Assembly (NCBI GenBank): GCA_007695195.1
Contig: REEG01000157.1
Location: 4,270 to 68,269 of the forward strand
From: Gemmatimonadales bacterium
Lineage (GTDB): Bacteria > Gemmatimonadota > Gemmatimonadetes > Longimicrobiales > Gaopeijiaceae
Direction of reading: 5' to 3'
Length of the DNA stretch: 64,000 nt
Position numbers and translations under genes: made by a program. The notes beneath the pieces were generated by a model that saw only the letters and a program-made list of their open reading frames with translations, had not been told where the DNA came from and did not search any database. Of the stretch, positions 1 through 9,316 are shown one piece after another; positions within the stretch are counted from its first letter, which is position 1; each line of letters starts with the position of its first letter.

Positions 1-194
<194 letters not shown>

Positions 195-357
195 GCCGGA
201 CCCCTCCGCGGAGCGGCCGGGCGAAGGGGCAACCTTGCCCGGTTCCTCGGCTTATGGGTAGCTTTCAACGTCTCCGGACGGAGGGTTCCTCCAGGGTGGA
301 GACTCCAACGCACATCCTTCCGGGTCCTATTCGGGCCCCAGGAGACTGACAAGAGCC

Positions 358-693
358 ATGGCGTTTGATGTGAAGCGGGAAACGGGTGAGGTGGTCATCG
401 TCGATGTGGAGGGCCAGCTCATCGTGGGGAATCGGCAGGAGCTGAAGCAGGCGATCCTGGCCGAATTGGAGGGGGGATCCCGGAAGTTCCTGGTGGACTT
501 CACCAACACCGGGTACATCGACTCCTCCGGCCTGGGGGTCCTTGTGAGCCTCTCCAAGAAGATCCGGGAGCAGGGAGGCGAATTGCGTCTCTCGAGCCTC
601 AACGAGGATCTCCGGACCCTCTTCGAACTCACCAAGCTCGACACGCTCTTCCGCATTGCGGATTCCCGGGAAGAGGGCCTGCAGGACTTCTGA
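358..693 (+). CDS. STAS-domain anti-sigma-factor antagonist (SpoIIAA/RsbV-like)
   Basis: 111 aa. The GYIDSSGLGVLV motif carries the phosphorylatable Ser (DSSGL). Size and layout are typical of STAS antagonists. Confidence 0.85.
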   Translation: MAFDVKRETGEVVIVDVEGQLIVGNRQELKQAILAELEGGSRKFLVDFTNTGYIDSSGLGVLVSLSKKIREQGGELRLSSLNEDLRTLFELTKLDTLFRIADSREEGLQDF

Positions 694-740
694 CCCGTCC
701 ACGCCCTCGGGGACCACGGGTCCCCGAGGATGGGATTCCC

Positions 741-1223
741 GTGGATTCAGGCATCATGTCCCCAGAGGAGGCGGCCGAGTTGATGGACAGAGAGTTGATC
801 TTTGAACTCCCCAACGACCTGCAGTGCATCGAAGACGCTGTGGAGTTCGTGGTGTCGCGTTGTTCCACCTGCCAGGATGTGGCCCGGAGGCTTCGGTTCA
901 ACTTCCGGGTCAGCCTGGTTGAAGCTCTCTCCAACGCCATGATTTACGGAAATGGGCGGGATCCGGCGAAACGGGTCCGACTCGAGGTCCGACTGCAGCC
1001 CGGACGGCTCACGGCGCGGGTGACGGACCAGGGGCCTGGATTCAACCCCCTTCGGGTTCCCGATCCCACGGCGCCGGAGAACCTTCTGGAAGAGGGAGGT
1101 CGTGGGCTCTTCCTCATGCGTAAACTCATGGATGAGGTCCACTACAATGACCGGGGGAACTCGGTGACGCTCATTCTCCATCTGACCCGTCCCGCGGCCT
1201 TCCGGGATCAAGCCACCGCATGA
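741..1223 (+). CDS. anti-sigma regulatory serine kinase (RsbW/SpoIIAB-like, HATPase_c)
   Basis: N-box EALSNAMIYGN, G1 DQGPGF, G2 GGRGLFLM. About 160 aa. GTG start at 741 (alternative ATG at 756). ATGA overlap with the next gene. Confidence 0.8.
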   Translation: MDSGIMSPEEAAELMDRELIFELPNDLQCIEDAVEFVVSRCSTCQDVARRLRFNFRVSLVEALSNAMIYGNGRDPAKRVRLEVRLQPGRLTARVTDQGPGFNPLRVPDPTAPENLLEEGGRGLFLMRKLMDEVHYNDRGNSVTLILHLTRPAAFRDQATA

Positions 1224-2893
1224 CGTCAAACCGGACTTCCCGGGAGCTCCTCCCGGACCCGGTGGTTCAGGTCCTGGAAGAGTATCGCCGCAATTTCCGG
1301 ATGGAGCTCGGACTCTGGCTTCCCCGGGACGGCGATGATCCCTTCCGCCTCTACCCTCGTGGCGGCCAGGGCTTGATTCCTCGCCCCGACTCCACCCTCC
1401 TCGACGTCCCCACCCGAAGCGGGGTCGACCTCATCCTGGAGATTTCCGGGGAGAGTTCCGAAATCCGGGGCGCCGCCGCCAACGCGCTGCGGACCACCCT
1501 GGAGCAGCTCTACCTGTACGCGGAAGAAGTGCGCTACTTCACCGCGGAGATGTCGGAGCGCTACGAGGAGATCAACCTCCTCTATTCCATCTCCGAGACG
1601 CTGGGCTCTCTCCTGCAGTTGAAGGATGCCACCCACCTCATCCTGTCGGAGGTCTGCGATGTGATGGGGGCTCGCCGGGGGTCCCTCTGGGTTCACCGAC
1701 CGGTGGAGGACCGACTTCACCTTGTGGCATCGGTGGGGGAGGGAGGGCGGCAGGGACCCCTGGCCGCCGACGACAACTCCGCCGTCACCGCCCAGGTCTT
1801 CCGGGAGGGACGGTCCATGATCCTCTCTTCCTATGAAGGGGGCACGAAGAACGATGGGGCGCTCGCCCATGGCTCCGGTTCCGGGGGGGGCGGTTCGGAG
1901 CCCGACCGGGCCAATGGGAGAGGGGACGCCGGCGACGGAGGGGAGCCGGGATCGCCCATGGCGGGAGATTCCGTCCTTTCCGTGCCCATCCGCTATACGC
2001 CACCCGAGGAGGATGCCCGGACAGTGGGGGTGATCAACCTCATCGGACGCAGGCGCGGCGGACGATTCAGCGCGTCGGACCAGAAGCTCCTGGCCGCCAT
2101 CGCCTCCCAGGTGGGGGCCGCCCTGGAGAACAACCGTCTCATCGACGAGAGCCTGCAACGAGAGCGGGTGAGCCGGGAGATGGAGTTGGCCCACGACCTC
2201 CAGATGAAGCTGCTCCCGTCGCTGGATTCTTTCGATGCTCAGGAGGTGGCGGCTCGCGTCCGACCGGCGGATTCGGTTGGTGGGGATTTCTACCACCTCC
2301 TTCGGCTGCCTGGCGGGCGCTTCGGGGTCATGATCGGCGACGTGTCCAGTCACGGCTTCCCGGCGGCGCTCATCATGGCCCTGACCCTGAGTGCCGCCAC
2401 GATCTACGCCTCCGAAGTCTCATCGCCGGCGCGGGTCATGACGGAGATGGGCCGGGCGCTTCGAGACGAGCTCGAGAGCACGGAGATGTACATCACCCTC
2501 TTCTACGCGGTGGTGGATCCGACCCGGGGCGAACTCGTCTACGCCAATGCCGGGCACCCCCACGCCTTTCTCATGCGCGGAAAAGAGGATACCCCTGAGC
2601 GCCTGCCGGCCATCAACCCACCCATGGGAATCGCCGGTGACATGGAGTACGAGGAGCGCATCGTGCCCTGGGCATCGGGCCGGGATCTCCTCGTCCTCTT
2701 CACCGACGGTCTGTCCGACGATCTGGTGGCCGGATCCCGTCGAGCCGGCGAGTATCGGATCCTGGAAGAGGTGGCGGGGCTGCGGGACCGTGGCGCCAAG
2801 GAGATCGTGGATGCCCTCTTCGATCTGGTGGTGGAGGAAGGCCGTCCCGAGGCCACGCCCGATGATCGCACCGCCGTGGTCCTCAAGGTGTGA
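1220..2893 (+). CDS. GAF-domain PP2C (SpoIIE/RsbU-type) serine phosphatase
   Basis: The central GAF-like region (LQLKDATHLILSEV...INLIGRR) has a Gly-rich insertion. C-terminal PP2C motifs: GGDFYHLL, VMIGDVSSHGFPAAL, LVLFTDGL, DDRTAVVLKV. Confidence 0.85.
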   Translation: MTSNRTSRELLPDPVVQVLEEYRRNFRMELGLWLPRDGDDPFRLYPRGGQGLIPRPDSTLLDVPTRSGVDLILEISGESSEIRGAAANALRTTLEQLYLYAEEVRYFTAEMSERYEEINLLYSISETLGSLLQLKDATHLILSEVCDVMGARRGSLWVHRPVEDRLHLVASVGEGGRQGPLAADDNSAVTAQVFREGRSMILSSYEGGTKNDGALAHGSGSGGGGSEPDRANGRGDAGDGGEPGSPMAGDSVLSVPIRYTPPEEDARTVGVINLIGRRRGGRFSASDQKLLAAIASQVGAALENNRLIDESLQRERVSREMELAHDLQMKLLPSLDSFDAQEVAARVRPADSVGGDFYHLLRLPGGRFGVMIGDVSSHGFPAALIMALTLSAATIYASEVSSPARVMTEMGRALRDELESTEMYITLFYAVVDPTRGELVYANAGHPHAFLMRGKEDTPERLPAINPPMGIAGDMEYEERIVPWASGRDLLVLFTDGLSDDLVAGSRRAGEYRILEEVAGLRDRGAKEIVDALFDLVVEEGRPEATPDDRTAVVLKV

Positions 2894-3705
2894 GTAGTTC
2901 CCGGTCCCACCGGCCTCGGCGCAGCCTCGGTCAGAACTTCCTGGTAGACGGCAACCTCCGGCGTCGCATCGTGGAGGAGGCGGCCATCGAACCTCACGAT
3001 ACGGTCCTTGAGATCGGACCGGGGCAGGGAGCCCTTACCGACCTGCTGGCGGAGCGGGCGGGGCGCCTGGTGCTGGTTGAACTGGACCGGGATCTCGCCG
3101 CCGATCTCCGCCACCGTTTCCAGGGGCACCGGTCGGTGGAGGTGGTGGAGGGCGACATCCTGGAGCTCGCCCTCGTTGACATGGTGGATGCCCCCGAATC
3201 CGTCCGGGTGGTGGGGAACATCCCCTACAACATCACCACCCCCATCCTTTTCCATCTCCTGTCGCCGCCTCGCCCGGCCGATATCCTCCTCATGGTGCAG
3301 AAGGAGGTGGCCGACCGCATCCTCGCCGAGCCGGGCACCGGTGCCTTCGGAGCCCTCACCGTCGGTGTGCAGGCCGTGGCCGATGTGGAGCGGGTCCTCT
3401 CGGTGCCGCCTTCCGCGTTTCGGCCCCGGCCCCGTGTCGACTCCACGGTGATCCGCATTCGCCCCCGCCGCCCGGCTCCTATGTCGCCGGCGGAGGAGGA
3501 TGCACTCCGGATCCTGACGCGAGCCCTCTTCCAGTGGCGCAGGAAACAGCTTCGGAAGACCCTGGGGTCCCACCCCGATCTCCACCTCCCGCCGGCGCAG
3601 GTGGCCGCACTCCTGGCGGCTGCGGGGGCGGAGCCCACGGATCGCCCCGAGACCGTGGCGCCCGAAGGGTTCGTGGCCATGGCTCGGCTCCTGGATTTCC
3701 CTTGA
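2890..3705 (+). CDS. rsmA: 16S rRNA (adenine1518/1519-N6)-dimethyltransferase
   Basis: SLGQNFLVD, LEIGPGQGALT and GNIPYNITTPI motifs. GTGA overlap with the upstream gene. Confidence 0.9.
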   Translation: MSSSRSHRPRRSLGQNFLVDGNLRRRIVEEAAIEPHDTVLEIGPGQGALTDLLAERAGRLVLVELDRDLAADLRHRFQGHRSVEVVEGDILELALVDMVDAPESVRVVGNIPYNITTPILFHLLSPPRPADILLMVQKEVADRILAEPGTGAFGALTVGVQAVADVERVLSVPPSAFRPRPRVDSTVIRIRPRRPAPMSPAEEDALRILTRALFQWRRKQLRKTLGSHPDLHLPPAQVAALLAAAGAEPTDRPETVAPEGFVAMARLLDFP

Positions 3706-3759
3706 GGCCCGACGCATGAGCAGGCCGGGAGGTGGGGCTATGGACATGGCAGGTCCGGC

Positions 3760-4605
3760 ATGAGTCGGCCTCGGGACCCGCGGACCGGGGCGCCGGCTCC
3801 GGGGCTGCGACGGCGAGTGGCCGCTCTACTGCAGAGCGGCCCCTTCCACACGCTGGAGCTGGCGGAGCGAGCCCTGGGCCTGCGCGGCCCTCCCGCCGCC
3901 CTCTCGTCGGCGGTGTTCAGCCTTCTGGGTGACGATGCGCGATTCCAGGTGGATGCCCGAGGGATCTGGAGCCTGGCTCCGGGAGCGGGGATCCCGGGAC
4001 CTGCCCTCTCCACTCTGTCCTACGCGGTGGTGGACGTGGAGACCACGGGGGGAGCATGGCGGCGGGGTGACCGGGTCACCGAGGTGGCGGTGGTGCCGGT
4101 CACCGGTGGAGTGATCCGGGACGGCCTCGGCACCCTTGTGAATCCAGGACGCCGTATTCCGCCCAAGATCCAGGGGCTCACAGGGATCACAGACCCCATG
4201 GTGGCCGGAGCACCGCCCTTCGAGGGGGTCGCGCCCCAGGTCGAAGCCGCCCTCCACGGCCGGATCTTCGTAGCCCACAACGTCCAGTTCGACTGGGGAT
4301 TCATCCGGACCGAACTCCTGAACGCGCTCGGTGCTGCACCCGAGCTCCCGCTCCTGTGTACCGTACGGCTGGGGCGTTTCCTCATCCCCGGCCTGCGCCG
4401 CTACAACCTGGATGCCCTGACGCGCCACTTCGGAATTCCGGTTCATCAGCGGCACCGCGCCTACGGCGACGCCCTGGCCACCGCCCGCCTCCTTCTGCAC
4501 CTTCTCCAGGAGGCGGAGGCGCAGGGCATCGCGGATCTGCCGGCCCTGGAGGCAGCGCTGCAGCGGCGCTCGGCCCCCCGGTCTGTGCGGTCGCCGCTGC
4601 GGTGA
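3760..4605 (+). CDS. DEDDh 3'-5' exonuclease (DnaQ/PolIII-epsilon-like) with about 85-aa N-terminal extension
   Basis: ExoI VVDVETTG, ExoII VAHNVQFDWGFI, ExoIII HRAYGDALATARLL. Confidence 0.75.
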   Translation: MSRPRDPRTGAPAPGLRRRVAALLQSGPFHTLELAERALGLRGPPAALSSAVFSLLGDDARFQVDARGIWSLAPGAGIPGPALSTLSYAVVDVETTGGAWRRGDRVTEVAVVPVTGGVIRDGLGTLVNPGRRIPPKIQGLTGITDPMVAGAPPFEGVAPQVEAALHGRIFVAHNVQFDWGFIRTELLNALGAAPELPLLCTVRLGRFLIPGLRRYNLDALTRHFGIPVHQRHRAYGDALATARLLLHLLQEAEAQGIADLPALEAALQRRSAPRSVRSPLR

Positions 4606-4642
4606 GGCCTGGCGCCGGACTCGACGCCACTCCCTTCTTCCC

Positions 4643-5617
4643 ATGTTCCAACGAGGTGACGCCCCCATGGCCGAGACGCCCCGAACTCCGTCCGCTACCG
4701 GCGAAGGCAGAGGTCCCAACGCCCCCACCGAGGCCCGTGACCAGGGGACGACCTACTCCCCGCCGGAGCTGCCCCTGGTCCGGTCCATGGATGTGGGATC
4801 CATCCGGGTGCACGCCGTGGAGGCGGGACTTCAGCACCTGGACGGTGGGGCCATGTTCGGGGTGGTGCCCCGGACGCTGTGGGAGCGGCGGATCCAACCG
4901 GACGAGCGCCACCGGATCCCCCTGGCCCTGCGCTGCCTTCTCATCGAGGCGCCGGAAGCCCTGATCCTGGTGGATACCGGAGTGGGGCGTAAGGAAGACG
5001 ACCGGTTTCGCGACATCTACGGCATCGACAACGAGGGAGATCCCACCCGTCTGGAAGACGGCATCCGCGCGACCGGGTTCGACCCTCGGGACGTGGAGAT
5101 GGTGGTCCTGACCCACCTCCACTTCGATCATGCCGGCGGGGCCACGCTCCGGCGGGACGACGGGAGCCTGGCCCCTTCCTTTCCCTGGGCGAGGCATGTG
5201 GTGCAGGAGGGCGAACTGGCCTTCTCGGGCCGGCGAAACGAGCGGATCCGGGCCAGCTACACCCCGGAAAACATCGAGCCCATCACCGAGGCCGGACTGT
5301 GGCACACGGTCTCGGGAGAGGTGGAACTCACTCGGGGGATCCGGCTGGTGCCGGCACCGGGCCACACCCCGCACCACCAGTGCATCCTGGTGGATTCGGA
5401 TGGGGAGAAGGCCTTCTTCCTGGCGGACCTCTGTCCCACCGCGGCCCACGTCCGCCTTCCCTGGATCATGGGCTACGACCTGGAGCCCCTGGTAACCCTG
5501 GAGTCGAAACGCCGGTTCTGGGAAGAGGCCCTCCGGGAGGAGTGGCTTCTCATCTTCCAGCACGACGCTTTCACGCCGTGGGGGCGTTTGGCCGCCGACG
5601 GCCGGGGTCTGCGCTGA
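4643..5617 (+). CDS. MBL-fold metallo-hydrolase
   Basis: HxHxDH motif (LTHLHFDHAGGA) plus downstream PAPGHTPHH. Confidence 0.75.
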   Translation: MFQRGDAPMAETPRTPSATGEGRGPNAPTEARDQGTTYSPPELPLVRSMDVGSIRVHAVEAGLQHLDGGAMFGVVPRTLWERRIQPDERHRIPLALRCLLIEAPEALILVDTGVGRKEDDRFRDIYGIDNEGDPTRLEDGIRATGFDPRDVEMVVLTHLHFDHAGGATLRRDDGSLAPSFPWARHVVQEGELAFSGRRNERIRASYTPENIEPITEAGLWHTVSGEVELTRGIRLVPAPGHTPHHQCILVDSDGEKAFFLADLCPTAAHVRLPWIMGYDLEPLVTLESKRRFWEEALREEWLLIFQHDAFTPWGRLAADGRGLR

Positions 5618-5657
5618 TCCGACGATCCGGGCCGGCGCGCGTGGGACCTGGGCGAGG

Positions 5658-5686
5658 GTGACCTGCGAGGAGGCTTTCCATATATT
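5658..5686 (+). promoter_or_regulatory. possible sigma70-type promoter upstream of the thiolase operon
   Basis: GTGACC (5658-5663), 17 nt spacer, TATATT (5681-5686), in the 205-nt gap before the thiolase gene. The -35 match is weak. Confidence 0.3.
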
Positions 5687-5822
5687 CAGCAGGCTCGGCT
5701 CCTGACGCCTGGAGACCGGGTCGCCCGAGTCCCCGGTACCGGGTCTCCCGGCGCTGGATTTCCGGAGCCCGCAGGCCCTCCCGCCGGATCCCGACACAAC
5801 CCCGACAGAGGTGGTCCCCGCA

Positions 5823-7034
5823 ATGAGCGACGCAGCCCGTACCCCGGTCATCGTCAGTGGAGCGCGCACGCCCATCGGTCGTTTCCTGGGCGGCCTTGGC
5901 CCTCTGGACGCCCCCGAACTGGGAGCCCGTGCGGTGAAGGCCGCCATGGAGCGGTCCGGTCTTCCCGGAGAAGCCATCGACGAAGTCATCCTGGGCAACG
6001 TGGTCCAGGGTGGGGTGGGGCAGGCGCCCGCCCGCCAGGCCGCCATCCGCTCCGGGCTTCCCGCCACCATTCCGGCCCTCACCGTGAACAAGGTGTGCGG
6101 GTCGGGGCTGAAGGCCGTCATGCTGGCGGCGCAGGCCATCCGGGCCGGCGATGCCCGGGCGGTGGTGGCCGGCGGGTTCGAGTCCATGTCCAACGTCCCC
6201 TACTTCCTTCCCGGCCTCCGGAACGGTCTCAAGTTCGGTGACCGGAAGTTGGTGGATGGCCTTATCCACGACGGACTATGGTGCGCCTTCGGGCAGTGTC
6301 ACATGGGCGGCCACGCCGAGTATACCGCCGCCAAGGCGGGGATCACCCGTGAGGAAGCCGATGCCTTCGCGCTGTCGTCGCACCAGAAGGCTGTGGCCGC
6401 CATTGACGCCGGCCGCTTCGCCGCGGAGATCGTCCCGGTGGAGATCCAGGGCCGGAAGGGGTCGGTGGTCATCGACACCGACGAGAGCCCCCGGCGTGAG
6501 ACCTCCATGGAGGCGCTGGGCCGGCTGCGTCCGGCCTTCCCCCAGGATGCCCCCGACGACATCGAGGACCTGGTGGTGACGGCGGGCAACGCCCCGGGGC
6601 TGAACGATGGAGGGGCGGCGCTGGTGGTGACGTCGCTGGAGTTCGCCCAGGCCCACGGCCTCGAGGTCAAGGCCCACATCACCGGCTATGCCTCGGGGGG
6701 GACCGAGCCGCAAGACCTCTTCTTCGCGCCCATCACCGCCGTGCGGCGCCTCATGGATCGGGCCGGCACCGCCATCGGTGACTACGACCTCTTCGAGGTG
6801 AATGAGGCCTTCGCCGTGCAGGCTCTCGCCGACATGCGGGAGCTGGGGATGGACCCGGACAGGGTCAATGTGAACGGGGGGGCGGTGGCGCTGGGCCACC
6901 CCATCGGCTGCTCCGGTGCCCGGGTCCTGGTGACACTCCTCTACGCCATGGAAGATCGGGATCTCCAGAGCGGCCTCGCCACCCTCTGCCTCGGGGGCGG
7001 AAACGCCGTGGCGCTCTCGGTGGAGCGGCGCTGA
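5823..7034 (+). CDS. acetyl-CoA C-acetyltransferase (thiolase II)
   Basis: Active-site motifs [12 protein letters not shown] and [19 protein letters not shown]. The ORF opens at GTG 5811; ATG 5823 is preferred ([19 protein letters not shown]). Confidence 0.9.
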   Translation: MSDAARTPVIVSGARTPIGRFLGGLGPLDAPELGARAVKAAMERSGLPGEAIDEVILGNVVQGGVGQAPARQAAIRSGLPATIPALTVNKVCGSGLKAVMLAAQAIRAGDARAVVAGGFESMSNVPYFLPGLRNGLKFGDRKLVDGLIHDGLWCAFGQCHMGGHAEYTAAKAGITREEADAFALSSHQKAVAAIDAGRFAAEIVPVEIQGRKGSVVIDTDESPRRETSMEALGRLRPAFPQDAPDDIEDLVVTAGNAPGLNDGGAALVVTSLEFAQAHGLEVKAHITGYASGGTEPQDLFFAPITAVRRLMDRAGTAIGDYDLFEVNEAFAVQALADMRELGMDPDRVNVNGGAVALGHPIGCSGARVLVTLLYAMEDRDLQSGLATLCLGGGNAVALSVERR

Positions 7035-7039
7035 CCTCC

Positions 7040-7056
7040 GCCGGAGAGGCTCCGGC
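7040..7056 (+). other. short perfect hairpin just after the thiolase stop (possible attenuator or mRNA stabiliser)
   Basis: GCCGGAG-agg-CTCCGGC: 7-bp stem, 3-nt loop, 6 nt after TGA 7032-7034. No U-tract. Confidence 0.3.
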
Positions 7057-7128
7057 CCATGTGGGAGTGGTGGGGCAGGCGCTGGGATCGGGACCGAACT
7101 TCTTCAACAACGCGCGAGAGACAACTTC

Positions 7129-7986
7129 ATGACGATCGATACGGTGGCGGTGATTGGTGGGGGCCAGATGGGGAACGGGATTGCCCACGTCTGCGCCCAG
7201 AGCGGGCTGCATGTGCGCATGGTGGACATCTCCCGGGAGGCGGTGGAGGCAGGGGTGGCCACCATCTCGAAGAACATGGATCGACAGGTCCGGAAGGAGC
7301 GGATGACCCCCGAGGAGAAGGAGGCCGCCCTGGCGCGGATCCAGACCTTCACCGACCCGGCTGAGGCCGCGCCCGGGGCCCAACTCATCGTGGAGGCCAT
7401 TCCGGAGCGGCCGGAGCTCAAATACAAGCTCTTCGCGACCCTGGACGGGGCCGCGGATCCGGGCACCATCCTGGCTTCCAACACCTCCTCCATCTCCATC
7501 ACCGAAATCGCCGCTCGCACCGGACGCCCGGAGAAGGTCATCGGGATGCACTTCATGAATCCGGTTCCCGTCATGCAGCTTGTGGAGGTGATCCGGGGGC
7601 TCGCCACCGATGAAGCCACCACCGAGGCCGTCATGGAGCTGGCCCGGGCGCTGGGCAAGACACCGGTGGAGGTGAACGACTTCCCCGGGTTCGTGTCCAA
7701 CCGGATCCTCCTTCCCATGATCAACGAGGCCGTCTTCGCCCTCATGGAGGGAGTGGCCGAGGCCGAAGCCATCGACACGGTCATGAAGCTGGGGATGAAC
7801 CACCCCATGGGCCCGTTGGCGCTGGCCGACCTCATCGGCCTCGACACCTGTCTCAGCATCCTGGAGGTTCTGCACCGGGAGCTGGGTGACGACCGGTACC
7901 GGCCCTGCCCGCTCCTGCGCAAGTATGTGGCGGCGGGGTGGCTGGGTCGTAAGAGCGGTCGTGGCTTCTATGCCTACGGCCAGTGA
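7129..7986 (+). CDS. hbd: 3-hydroxybutyryl-CoA (3-hydroxyacyl-CoA) dehydrogenase
   Basis: N-terminal Rossmann VAVIGGGQMGNGIA. Whole-length similarity to the Hbd/FadB C- and N-domains (GFVSNRILLPMINEA, MNHPMGPLALADLIGLD). Confidence 0.9.
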   Translation: MTIDTVAVIGGGQMGNGIAHVCAQSGLHVRMVDISREAVEAGVATISKNMDRQVRKERMTPEEKEAALARIQTFTDPAEAAPGAQLIVEAIPERPELKYKLFATLDGAADPGTILASNTSSISITEIAARTGRPEKVIGMHFMNPVPVMQLVEVIRGLATDEATTEAVMELARALGKTPVEVNDFPGFVSNRILLPMINEAVFALMEGVAEAEAIDTVMKLGMNHPMGPLALADLIGLDTCLSILEVLHRELGDDRYRPCPLLRKYVAAGWLGRKSGRGFYAYGQ

Positions 7987-9164
7987 GCGCCGCCATGCTG
8001 ACGGCTGAGCACCTGGAAGTCCGGCGGCTGGCCCTGGATCTGGCCAGGGGCGAGGTCCGACCCCATGTGGAGGAATGGGACCGGGAGCGCCGGATCCCCC
8101 AGGGGGTGTTCGACGCCATGGCCGAGTTGGGGTTTCTGGGGATGCGCGTTCCCGAGGCCCACGGGGGGCTCGGGTTCGATCTCCCCACCTATCTGATGGC
8201 GCTGGAGGCTCTGGCCTGGGGTGATGCCTCGCTGGGGCTGGGCTTGGCGGTTCACAACGGTCCGGTGACCCGCGCGCTGGATGCGTACGGGTCCGACGCC
8301 CAGAAAGAGGCGTGGCTGCCCCGGTTGGCCTCAGGCGACCTCCTGGGTGCCTTCGCCGTGGCCGAGGGGGCGGCGGGCGGCGATCTGGACTCGCTGGCGG
8401 TTCGGGCGGTTCCGGCGGGGGATGGAGCCGGCTGGGTCCTCTCCGGGGAGAAGGCCTGGGTCACCAATGGAGATCGGTGCGGGCTCCTGTTGGTCCTGGC
8501 CCGCACCGGGGACGAAGGCGACGGCCTCTCGGCCTTCCTCGTTCCCCGGGATGCGCCGGGGGTCCAGGTGATGGGGCGGGAGCGTACCATGGGGTTCTCG
8601 GCGGCCGAGATCGTCACCATCCGGTTCGACCAGGTCGCCCTCTCCCCCGAAGCCCTCCTGGGGGAGGAGGGCGACGGGCACAATGTGGCGGCGGATGCGG
8701 CCAGTGTGGGGCGCCTCGGGGTGGCGGCCGTAGCATTGGGGATTGCCCAAGCCGCCTATGAACACGCCCTCAGGTACGCGGGTGAGCGGGAGCAGTTCGG
8801 GCGTCCGCTCCACGATTTCGGTGCCATCCAGGAGAAGCTGGCGGGGATGGCAATCCGCATCGCCCAGGCCCGGAGCCTGATCCTCCACGTGGCGGCCGCC
8901 GCCGAGGCGGAGGCACCGGCGGAGGGCATTCACCCGGCCGGCCTGCGGGCGCAGGTGGCCATGGCCAAGGTGACCGCCAGCGAGGCGGCCAGTTGGGTCG
9001 CCGATGAGGCCGTCCAGATCTACGGCGGATACGGGTACATGCGGGACTATCCGGTGGAGCGACTCATGCGCGATGCCAAGGGGACCGAGATTCATGAGGG
9101 TTCCAGTGAACTCCTCCGCATGTGGATCGCCCTGGACGCGGTGGGAGACTCCGGTCTCTCCTGA
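7983..9164 (+). CDS. acyl-CoA dehydrogenase (short/branched-chain type)
   Basis: ACAD fold motifs: LGFLGMRVPEAHGG, IYGGYGYMRDYPVERLMRDAKGTEIHEGSSE (catalytic Glu region). GTGA overlap with hbd. Confidence 0.9.
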   Translation: MSAAMLTAEHLEVRRLALDLARGEVRPHVEEWDRERRIPQGVFDAMAELGFLGMRVPEAHGGLGFDLPTYLMALEALAWGDASLGLGLAVHNGPVTRALDAYGSDAQKEAWLPRLASGDLLGAFAVAEGAAGGDLDSLAVRAVPAGDGAGWVLSGEKAWVTNGDRCGLLLVLARTGDEGDGLSAFLVPRDAPGVQVMGRERTMGFSAAEIVTIRFDQVALSPEALLGEEGDGHNVAADAASVGRLGVAAVALGIAQAAYEHALRYAGEREQFGRPLHDFGAIQEKLAGMAIRIAQARSLILHVAAAAEAEAPAEGIHPAGLRAQVAMAKVTASEAASWVADEAVQIYGGYGYMRDYPVERLMRDAKGTEIHEGSSELLRMWIALDAVGDSGLS

Positions 9165-9316
9165 TCCTTGCTCTCACCCCACGGGCGTCTCAGCCCACCC
9201 TCTCCCATGGATTCATCGTTTCGAATCCACCTGAGCCGGGGGCGGTCCGCGCGGGCCGCCTCCACCGGTCCCGGGGTCCCTGGGCCGGCAGGCACACCAA
9301 CCCGGAGCCGAACGGG

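Noticed and set aside
4382-6193. Very long minus-strand or out-of-frame ORFs in the track: 4382-6193(-) 603 aa, 15603-17501(-) 632 aa, 22041-24110(-) 689 aa, 32175-34121(-) 648 aa, 43320-45194(-) 624 aa, 48730-50544(-) 604 aa, 56776-59124(-) 782 aa.
   Set aside because: Each lies antisense to, or out of frame with, a gene carrying unambiguous family motifs (MBL/thiolase, enolase, FtsH, IleS, TPR, MurE, MurC). Their translations are Arg/Pro/Gly/Ala-rich low-complexity strings with no motifs. This is the expected stop-codon-poor artefact of a high-GC genome.
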